A DNA stretch of 62,928 nt, filler included, from Stramenopiles sp. TOSAG23-3 (taxonomy: Eukaryota), in NCBI GenBank assembly GCA_900128585.1. It is 11 parts of 11 records of this genome, joined end to end, with 100 filler letters (N's around TTAATTAATTAA, not from the genome) between each part and the next. Parts side by side here need not be neighbours in the genome. Positions count along the whole stretch, not along the records: positions 24,841 to 33,013 come from LT643055.1; positions 33,114 to 41,277 come from LT643056.1; 9 more parts are not named here. The stretch is one strand, 5' to 3'. The notes beneath the pieces are model-generated. The model saw only the letters and a program-made list of their open reading frames with translations, had not been told where the DNA came from and did not search any database. Numbering within the stretch: position 1 is the stretch's first letter; each line of letters starts with the position of its first letter. Both the position numbers and the translations under genes were made by a program. This document shows positions 29,892-38,346 of the stretch, one piece after another.

Positions 29892-32162
29892 ATGCCGAAG
29901 CGGAAAGCAATAGAACCGATAGAACCGGTTCCAAGGGGGCCCGACATCATCATAAGCGGAGCGAATCCTCTAAAGAAAAAGAAGATGGCGGACAGTCTGA
30001 TGACATCGTCCCAGCGAAAAAAGAAGAGGAAGATGCAAGAGCCGAGGCCGAAGCGGGTTTCGGCGTACCACCTTTTCTTAAAGGACAAGCGGCCGGCGAT
30101 AGTGGCGGCGAACCCTGAGTTAAAGTTCACCGACACGATCAAGAAAGTAGCAGCGCTGTGGAACTCCTGTTCCCAGCAAGAAAAGTCAAAGTTTCAAGCC
30201 CGGGCTCGTGCAGAGAGTAGAAAGCTTGAGCAGGAGTTTGAGGAGGAGAAGCGTAAGAGGTTCGAAGAAAAGCGGGCGGAACGGATGCGGCAAATATCGA
30301 AGCGGGCAAAGGAAAAGGGGGCAAACGCGAAGAAAAAGAAGAAGTCGAAGTCGTCGATGGAGACGGACTGGGACTGGCGGACGTGCTGGAACCGGAACCT
30401 GCGGAAGGGGGCGGTGCTGAAGGGCATCGACTGCATCCGCAAGCTCGCAGAGGTGAAGGAGAACTTCGATTACTTTGGGAACGATATCATCCAGTGCTTC
30501 TTCGACGTTGCCAACGTGACGGGGGAGCCCATCCGCCAACGGTGCCTTATGTTCCTGGACGAATTGGCGCGCCGGTGGAAGAGGGAGACGACGGAGAACG
30601 GGTGGATAGCGGACCCCGAGAAAGGGTCGACTGCCCAGGAAGTTATCGACGTCGTCATCGGCATGTACTGCCTTGAGCGCATAGGCCTGTCGCACGGCTT
30701 CAAGGAGGGGGCGCTGAAGGAGGCCGCGGCGTTCTCCGCGATGAATTTTTACAGCTGGGACCCGGAGACGGAGGCGACCGTGCCGACGGAGCAAATCCCT
30801 GACAAGTGCCAGCACTGCGGGGAATCCAACCACGAGCGGACGAAAAAGATGTGCGGAGGGTGCGGGAAGAAGCTCGTGCTGATGAGCAAGTACCGCGCGC
30901 TGAGTAACGCGCTGATCAACTCCTTTTTTGCGTACAAAGCCGGGGTCACGCTGGGCTGCGACTTTCCCAAGATCATAACGCACCTTCCCGAAATGCGCCC
31001 GTACAAAGGCCATGACCTGTGCGCCTCCTGGGAGGATTACAACGACCAGTGCTACTTGGTGACACACGTTATCTACGTCCTGAGCAACTGGGGGGAACTA
31101 ACCCTGGACAAGAACGCCTTCCCGCACGAGTACTTTTTTATCATTCGGAACCTTCCGATACACATGCACACGGGCGACATCCACTTGATAAGCGAGTTCA
31201 TCGAGTGCCTTCGCATTTTTGGTGCCCCGGACAGCAACGAAAGGATTAAGGAAGGGATTAACTTCTTGCTTGAGAACCAAAATGCGGACGGCAGCTGGGA
31301 CAGCAGCGCGGGGTCGGACCCCTACACCGTGTACCACGCCACGATGTGCGCGTGCCAAGCCATGCTGGCCCACAGGTATGGTGGGCATGGGCCCGGGATA
31401 GTAGAAGTGGCGCCCCTTCTGGATGAGTGGCACAAGAATGACGTGCAGGCAAGCATCGAATACGAAGCCCGTGAAACGGAAACTCGGGGCGATGACGTAG
31501 AGGAGTTCACGGAGTTGGTCCTGAAGTGCATAAAGGCACGGGACAAAACAGTCTCCGCAGAGCTTGCGCGCGAAGACGCAGAATCCCAAAAAGAAAGACA
31601 GCGCAAAAAGAAAATCACGGCACACTTGGTGGGCGTGAAACAAGCCCTGGAAAAGGAGTCCAAGAAGGCCGGGGCCGCCGAGAAAAAAGCATCTGGCGGC
31701 GGCGGCGGGAAAAGCAAGACAAACTCTATTGGCACCAAAGTTGTCCCTGGCTCGGACTTTACTACGGGTGCAGCGTCCAACAAAGGGGGGGTCACGGACT
31801 TCACCGCGGTGAGAACTGGAAAGAAAAAGGCAAAGAAATCGGCGGGGAAAAAGGCCGCTGCGAAAAAGAGCACGCCGGCCGTCAGCAAGGAAGACCTCTT
31901 GAAGCTGAAGCAATTTGCTGCCACAGCAAAGAAAATGTGCAAGCAATCGTTGGACGATAGCCTTGGGTCGGCGGCCTTTAAAAAGGCGAAGAAGAGCTTG
32001 AAGAAGATTTTGAAGGAGATCGCCAGCATGCGGTCGACCCTTCCCCCGGACGCCTTGAAAATGGCAAAGCTATCGGGCACGCTGAACAAGCTAGCAAATC
32101 ACCCCTCGGACGCAGACATAAAGAAGTGGGCGGCTGGGGTAAAACGGATGTTTGAAACATAA
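29892..32162 (+). CDS. HMG-box protein fused to a Zn-ribbon-containing alpha/alpha enzyme-like domain and a C-terminal TFIIS-N-like bundle
   Basis: HMG box PKRVSAYHLFLKDKR..NPELKFTDTIKKVAALWNS; CQHC..CGGC; YLVTHVIY; FLLENQNADGSWD; YHAT; LSGTLNKLANHPSDADIKKWA. Confidence 0.85.
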   Translation: MPKRKAIEPIEPVPRGPDIIISGANPLKKKKMADSLMTSSQRKKKRKMQEPRPKRVSAYHLFLKDKRPAIVAANPELKFTDTIKKVAALWNSCSQQEKSKFQARARAESRKLEQEFEEEKRKRFEEKRAERMRQISKRAKEKGANAKKKKKSKSSMETDWDWRTCWNRNLRKGAVLKGIDCIRKLAEVKENFDYFGNDIIQCFFDVANVTGEPIRQRCLMFLDELARRWKRETTENGWIADPEKGSTAQEVIDVVIGMYCLERIGLSHGFKEGALKEAAAFSAMNFYSWDPETEATVPTEQIPDKCQHCGESNHERTKKMCGGCGKKLVLMSKYRALSNALINSFFAYKAGVTLGCDFPKIITHLPEMRPYKGHDLCASWEDYNDQCYLVTHVIYVLSNWGELTLDKNAFPHEYFFIIRNLPIHMHTGDIHLISEFIECLRIFGAPDSNERIKEGINFLLENQNADGSWDSSAGSDPYTVYHATMCACQAMLAHRYGGHGPGIVEVAPLLDEWHKNDVQASIEYEARETETRGDDVEEFTELVLKCIKARDKTVSAELAREDAESQKERQRKKKITAHLVGVKQALEKESKKAGAAEKKASGGGGGKSKTNSIGTKVVPGSDFTTGAASNKGGVTDFTAVRTGKKKAKKSAGKKAAAKKSTPAVSKEDLLKLKQFAATAKKMCKQSLDDSLGSAAFKKAKKSLKKILKEIASMRSTLPPDALKMAKLSGTLNKLANHPSDADIKKWAAGVKRMFET

Positions 32163-32302
32163 CAACCAAAACACTGGAGTGTGCGAAAGAGAAACACGCG
32201 CAGTTTTGATTGCTTTATGACTTAAATTTTTTTGTATGACTTAAATATTTTGGTAAGAGTACTTCCTAAGATTAATTCACACACATGTGCATCTATTGCT
32301 TT

Positions 32303-32710
32303 TTACCTCAACTTTCTTGCTACCGACTTGGCCACTCTAGAGCCAAGCACAGCCGCGCCAATGCTTCCGACGTTATTGGCCGTAATGTATCCGAAAGCAA
32401 GAGACGCTCTCCCGCTTTCAAACAGGGCAATGGAGTCGACTGCAAACGTGGAAAATGTAGTAAAACCGCCGCAGAGTCCTACCCCGAGTAACAATTTTGC
32501 CCGTGGCGCAATCGGGGAAGATGCTGCAATCACGCCCAGCACAAAGCTTCCTAAAATATTTACAGTCAACGTCCCAAAGTACCCCCCATGACGTGGGCTC
32601 CGCACCCGCATTGAATTCGAAACGGCAGAGCGGAAAAGGGCTCCCACCCCAGCGCCTACAGAGATTGCACCAGCATCCAACAACATTGCACGCGTTGACC
32701 TACCAGCCAT
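32303..32710 (-). CDS. crcB: Fluoride channel Fluc/CrcB, single domain
   Basis: GAGVGALFR, GTLTVNILGSFVLG, GLCGGFTTFSTF; four TM segments; 135 aa. Confidence 0.93.
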   Translation of the reverse strand: MAGRSTRAMLLDAGAISVGAGVGALFRSAVSNSMRVRSPRHGGYFGTLTVNILGSFVLGVIAASSPIAPRAKLLLGVGLCGGFTTFSTFAVDSIALFESGRASLAFGYITANNVGSIGAAVLGSRVAKSVARKLR

Positions 32711-33351
32711 GGTTCATTTATAAGCAAATGTAATTATGCCAACGAAAAGGAATCAAAACATTTTACAATCTCTTACATTCATTTTCAAAAATCTTTATGA
32801 ATATCTGTTTATTTTTTTTGTTTTTGTTTTATCCATTCTTCTACATTTTTTCTTCACTCTCTCGGTCCTCCTCTTCTTCTTTTTTTTATTAATACACCAA
32901 AGGTATATAATAATAAAACACAACAACAAAAAATAATAAAAATAATAATATTATTATTATTTATTATTTATTATGTTATTATACTTCTTTTTCTTTTCTT
33001 CTTCTTCTTATATNNNNNNNNNNNNNNNNNNNNNNNNNNNNNNNNNNNNNNNNNNNNTTAATTAATTAANNNNNNNNNNNNNNNNNNNNNNNNNNNNNNN
33101 NNNNNNNNNNNNNTTATTATTATTATTATTTATTATTATCGATCTCTACTAGTCTATTACTTGGTAATAATAAAATTATTATTCATAATATACTTTGTAT
33201 ATATATTATGATAAGTAGATGTTTTCTAATTCTCTTATGGTGCCCGGCTTCTAGTAAATCAGACGAGGAACAGAAGTAAAGCTTTAAAAGCAAGTTTATA
33301 CGTATAGCCCGCAATCCTTGTTTGGAAACAAAACCTCAAACCACCACGAAA

Positions 33352-33810
33352 ATGAAAGTTGTTAACTTCGCACTGTTGCTGCTCGCCCTTGCCCTGGGGG
33401 TTGCACTTGCTCAGCCAGGCCAACAGGAACAGAGTTTGGACAGGCAAACGATCGAATGGATTCTTCAAAATATTGATGAAGACTGCAAGGAAGAAATGCA
33501 GAACGCTATGGCGAATCAAGGAGATCTTTCTGATCGATGCAAGTTCACAATCCAGAAAATGCTTATGGACAAAGCGAAGGGAGGGTCTTCCGCAGCTGCC
33601 ACCGCGGAGCCAGTAAGCTTCTTTGCCGACCCAATCACCCACGTATTTCTATTTTTGGGCGTCCTCTTTGCGGCCGTGGGTTTCTACTCATACTATGCGT
33701 ACGACGCCAAGGTCAAAGCAGGCCTTGTAGTGGATTCACAGGACAAAGCCAAGAGAAAGGGAAGCAAATACCGCAAGCGAAAGAAAGTGCCATACAGTGT
33801 TGGGGAGTAA
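33352..33810 (+). CDS. Small type-I membrane protein (signal peptide, Cys pair, single TM, basic tail)
   Basis: MKVVNFALLLLALALGVALA leader; TM VFLFLGVLFAAVGFYSYYAY; KRKGSKYRKRKK tail. Confidence 0.8.
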   Translation: MKVVNFALLLLALALGVALAQPGQQEQSLDRQTIEWILQNIDEDCKEEMQNAMANQGDLSDRCKFTIQKMLMDKAKGGSSAAATAEPVSFFADPITHVFLFLGVLFAAVGFYSYYAYDAKVKAGLVVDSQDKAKRKGSKYRKRKKVPYSVGE

Positions 33811-34750
33811 GTGAGGCGACTGCGCAGCTGGGTGTCGCAGCTGAGGTATCGCAGCCAACAGAGCTTTATTGCCCTCCCCCCTGGCAAAAAGGGGGTGGGG
33901 TGGAGCTCCGGTGTCAGCCCTCGGCAGATTCCATGCCGAAAGGGGGGCTGGTTTAGCAATGCAAAACTTCTACTGTGGGGCTATGAAAAAATATAATCTC
34001 TGGAAGCGTCCACTGAAATTTATAATACCAAGATGTCAATCTTTTTGTGTAGTTATATTATTTAAATTATATATACCTATTCTCCTATAAAAAATATATA
34101 ATATATTTTTTTCAGTGGTGTTATTATAGTTAATATCAATTAGATTATATTCTCTTCTTCTCCATCCATTTTATTATCAATACTAGACTATGCTAAATGC
34201 TAAAAGGGATATATTTAATGTAATAAAATATAATAATAAATACGAAGTACAACACAACTCAAAAAAAAAGAAGAAATTTCCAATAATAATTATATAAAGG
34301 CTATTAATAATAATTATAATACCACCAGATACTATTACCATATTATTATTATTATAAATATTATTAGATAGAAGAATAATAATAATACACTGTAATAAAA
34401 TATTTTTTATAATAATTATTTTATATTACTACTTTAGCTACTAGCCGCCTGCCGGACCGGAGGATGATGATATATGATGATAATAATAATTTCAACAAAA
34501 AAAAAAAAAAAAAAAAGAAGAAGAAGAAGTGGTGAACAACAAAATATTAATACATTCTTTAACACATAGATCTACAGATTGAAATAATTTTACATTATCA
34601 GATATGATATTTTAAATCCATCATCACCGCATCCATAAGCATAACCATACCAGAAAAAAAAATGAAGTCAAAGTCGCCCAATCAGATATTACAGTATATA
34701 TCGTTTTGATCGTGTGAAGGTTCGTTGTTCATATATAAAGTCGTCTAGTA

Positions 34751-35632
34751 ATGGAGGAGTCAAAAATGAAATTTGCTGTAAACGGGGGACATTACCTTGT
34801 TGGAATTTTGACAAAACCTACGACGAACAAGCTAAACACCAACCAGAAAAAGGTGATCATACTGGTCCACGGTGGAATGGCAAACAAGAACAGTTTTTAC
34901 CACAAGCACTTGGCAAAGTGCCTCAGTATCGAGCTGGGGTATTGCACTTTTCGGTACGATCTACTTGCACATGGGGAGTCTGTCCCCATTTTCAAAGAAC
35001 GGGGCAGCAAAGAGCAGTACCGCAACATGATGAGCGGGTTTTTGAAGAATTTGGACGATCTTAAAACAGCTTGTGAATATTTGCAAGGGACCCATGGGCT
35101 GCAAATCGCATATGTTTTTGGCCACAGCGCTGGCGGCCAGTTGGCCCACATGCTAGCAGTACGCCACGGCGAACGGTTTCGATTCGAAGGGGTCGCTGGA
35201 ATTAACATGCGTTTTGACCTAGAGTATTGGCGAAAGACGTACACAAGCAAAAACGGAGACTGGGTGTTAAACTTTAAGAATCGGGGAAAGGCCGTATGCC
35301 ACACTGTAAAACGGCACGATGTGGATGCGTACGCTGACGTGCCAATGAAAGAAGTGTCGGGGATAGAATGCGAGGTCTTGAATGTTTACGGTATCCTGGG
35401 TGAGCAGACGAACCAGGCTAATTACGATACTGGAGCAAAAATGCTCACGGATGGCGTCGTCCCATTTACTGACGTCGAGAGCACGGCAAATTTAATACCG
35501 CACCATACTTTGAAGTTTATGGACAATGTTGGCCATTATTATCGGGAAGATGGTTCTCACGAAAAGTTGTGGGTAGTAATTCGAGACTGGATGAAGAAGT
35601 TGTCTGGCAAGCGTGGACGGGCTCGTTTGTAG
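34751..35632 (+). CDS. Alpha/beta hydrolase with a PTS1-like C-terminus (ARL)
   Basis: LVHGG, GHSAGG nucleophile elbow, DGVV, GHYY; ends RGRARL. Confidence 0.92.
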   Translation: MEESKMKFAVNGGHYLVGILTKPTTNKLNTNQKKVIILVHGGMANKNSFYHKHLAKCLSIELGYCTFRYDLLAHGESVPIFKERGSKEQYRNMMSGFLKNLDDLKTACEYLQGTHGLQIAYVFGHSAGGQLAHMLAVRHGERFRFEGVAGINMRFDLEYWRKTYTSKNGDWVLNFKNRGKAVCHTVKRHDVDAYADVPMKEVSGIECEVLNVYGILGEQTNQANYDTGAKMLTDGVVPFTDVESTANLIPHHTLKFMDNVGHYYREDGSHEKLWVVIRDWMKKLSGKRGRARL

Positions 35633-35991
35633 ATTGGAAAAAAAGGTTTGCATGTTTCTGGGGGTGGGGGGGGGGTTCGATGATCTATTGGCCTACTTCG
35701 TGCAAAGTAATTTCTAAGAATTAATTCTTGTACAAACTCTTGAGAATTAGCGAGAGAACAATCCTAAACTGTGTACGTGTCCCGGTATATTTATAAACAA
35801 AAACGAGAGACTGGGTCTTTTAATTTTTTAATTCTTACACTTTGTACGTGTTAGAGTTTCTCAAACTTACGCTTCAGATAGAGTCGTACGCTTAAATAAA
35901 AATATTATATTTCAACACAACTCCAGCAGCTATTCGAATTCAGGCAATAAAGGGACGAACGATGCTCCAAGTGACTCTGACGAGTTCAGTG

Positions 35992-36140
35992 NNNNNNNNN
36001 NNNNNNNNNNNNNNNNNNNNNNNNNNNNNNNNNNNNNNNNNNNNNNNNNNNNNNNNNNNNNNNNNNNNNNNNNNNNNNNNNNNNNNNNNNNNNNNNNNNN
36101 NNNNNNNNNNNNNNNNNNNNNNNNNNNNNNNNNNNNNNNN
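35992..36140. other. Internal scaffold gap (149 N, no linker)
   Basis: N-run lacks the TTAATTAATTAA core. Confidence 0.95.
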
Positions 36141-36369
36141 TAATCATCCACCACGACGAAACGAAACTAAAAATCAAATTAAAAAATCGAGATAGGATTA
36201 GGGTTGGATTTGAAGTATTTTTGATTTAAAATGAGCATAATAATAATAGTAGTATAATTTGTTTTTTTTTTCATTATAATAATAAAGAGGATATCATAAT
36301 CTGATTATTTGTTTTAAAAAATGTTCATGTCCAATAATACGACGTGCCCCGACAATATTTTTATCTCGT

Positions 36370-37389
36370 TTACCGCGACAACGGACTCCTGCTCCGGTCC
36401 CTTTCCCCATAGCTGTCTCCACGCGGTCTCTCCCCATAGCTACCACCGCGGTCTCTCTCACTCCAGCTCTCGCCACGGCTTCTCTCTCCCCAACTGCCTC
36501 CATGGTCCCTGCCACCCCAACCACCACCACGGCCTGTCTCCCCCCAGCTCCCACCACGGTTGCCATCGTCGCCGTAATTAGAACTTGCATTGTACGCGTC
36601 ACCGGTATGGCGCCGAGGGTTTCGTCTGTAATGCCCCGTTTGGCCCGCGGGATTGCCCTGTTCGGTCGCCCACCCATAACCAGACATTTGAGCTTTACCA
36701 GTATTGTTCCAACCTGCACCATCACCATCATCAATTTCTCCATCCTCTAATATTTCCCCGTCTTCGACCGCCCCATCCTCTGTTTTTCTCTTTGCCTTTT
36801 CCGCTCCGCCCTGTTCCACTCCATCGGTAGCAGCTCTCTTCCCACTTTCACCCTTTGACGGTCGTTTCGACCCCGGCGTCTTTGAAATGATGAAATCGGT
36901 TGTTTTGTACACTTCTCCAGTCACGACGTGAAAGCACTCTTTCTCCCCCCCCGGCAACAGCTTGTAAGCAAACCCTTCACGGTCGTTCGGGTCCCTCCAA
37001 AACGTGGTTTTCGTTTCCCTATTGTAGTAGTACGGCTTGCCGGCAGATTTGCTAAACTCCAACGACCACGCTGGGGGTAGCCCATGCACGCTCTTTGGCA
37101 CATTTAGCCATTCCTTTTGGCGAGTTTTTTCCCCGTTCATTATATTGATATATTCCTTCCTTTTCCCAACGACATGGAAGCCCCAGCCAGCCGGCGCGCC
37201 GTCGACTTTCCAATAGCGTTCCCTTGACTTTTCGTTGAAGTAAAAGTATTTCCTCGTCGACGTCGACTGCTCCAAACGCCAGTCCTCCGGCAAAGAGTCC
37301 CTCTCTTCGTCAACGAGATTGTCCGCATCGGCATCAATATTCTGCCCGTCCTGCTCGGCAGCCCATTTTAACAACAGATTCTCTGCCAT
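36370..37389 (-). CDS. WW-domain protein with tandem EDGEI motifs and an RGG/RS-rich tail (probable RNA-processing factor)
   Basis: LPEDWRLEQSTSTRKYFYFNEKSRERYW, LPPAWSLEFSKSAGKPYYYNRETKTTFWRDP; EDGEILEDGEI; GGSWGE repeats; RSRSP. Confidence 0.85.
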   Translation of the reverse strand: MAENLLLKWAAEQDGQNIDADADNLVDEERDSLPEDWRLEQSTSTRKYFYFNEKSRERYWKVDGAPAGWGFHVVGKRKEYINIMNGEKTRQKEWLNVPKSVHGLPPAWSLEFSKSAGKPYYYNRETKTTFWRDPNDREGFAYKLLPGGEKECFHVVTGEVYKTTDFIISKTPGSKRPSKGESGKRAATDGVEQGGAEKAKRKTEDGAVEDGEILEDGEIDDGDGAGWNNTGKAQMSGYGWATEQGNPAGQTGHYRRNPRRHTGDAYNASSNYGDDGNRGGSWGETGRGGGWGGRDHGGSWGERSRGESWSERDRGGSYGERPRGDSYGERDRSRSPLSR

Positions 37390-37697
37390 AATAACACAAT
37401 ATTCGAGTGTAGCTGCTAAAAAAATAAACAGCAAATTATTCCCTTTGAACGACTGCGTACAGGAGTATTTCTCAAACGCCTACTTTCCTTACCACGCAGT
37501 TTGCAATCCGCTGTTTAGAAAACTACACAAGACTTTGAAAGTTCAACCTTGAATTTTTGAATCCCTTGATCTTATACATAGATGAAATAAACTATAATAT
37601 ACTTATCACTTCTTTGTTGGTAAAAAATATATTAACGACGACTATTATTAATACTACTACAACAAAATTATAATATTTTTAAAAAGAAAATAAATGT

Positions 37698-37698
37698 A

Positions 37699-37744
<46 letters not shown>
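37698..37744. repeat. Poly(T) tract
   Basis: ~46 T with a single C. Confidence 0.9.
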
Positions 37745-37745
<1 letters not shown>

Positions 37746-37994
37746 TCGTCGCTTTTCTCTGTCGTATAATAATAAATAAATAAATATAAAAAATATCTAA
37801 AAAAAGAAGTTCCAGCAGAAGAAGAAGAAAGAAAAGAAAGAAGAGGCCGCCGCCTGCATAAGTGGAATAAGAGGCAAGCAAATCCGTGTGTTTGGGTGGT
37901 GGTGTGGGGTGTGGAATGAATAATAATACCTTAGTTATTAAACTAAAATACATTGTATAATGTATTGTATTATCGCCGCCCGCTCTTCTCTTTT

Positions 37995-38125
37995 AATTCT
38001 TCTTCTATTCTTCTTTTCTTTCTTTTTCTTCTTCTTCTCTTCTTCTTCTTCTTCTTCTTCTTCTTCTTCTTCTTCTTCTTCTTCTTTCTTCTTCTTCTTC
38101 TTTCTTCTTCTTTCTTCTTCTCCCT
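37995..38125. repeat. (TTC)n microsatellite; also 41378-41452 and (GAA)n/(TTC)n tracts at ~29130-29270 and 29470-29630
   Basis: Directly visible. Confidence 0.9.
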
Positions 38126-38346
38126 TCTTTGTTTTTGTTATGTAAAACAGGCATATGATTTTCTATTAATATATACCGTAATGAAAATACAAGCAGTTGA
38201 GAATATGTGGAAAATACTGACCGTTTATCTTACAGTGATGTGTCCACTGCATCAAACGATATACCAGACAGACTCGACAAAAGGGTTCTGGTTAACTGCG
38301 GAAAGAACGTTTCTTTGTTTGAACCCACCCCCTCCCTGCTTCAACA

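Noticed and set aside
33829-33870. TPP riboswitch or U4 snRNA similarity (GGGTG..GCTGAG; GTATCGCAGCCAA)
   Set aside because: The downstream conserved elements (AACCTGA..TAAT..GCG..GG for TPP; U6-pairing stems and Sm site for U4) are missing
35975-36170. Hammerhead ribozyme (CTGACGAG ... CGAAAC)
   Set aside because: The two core-like words are separated by a 149-N gap and no flanking stems can be shown
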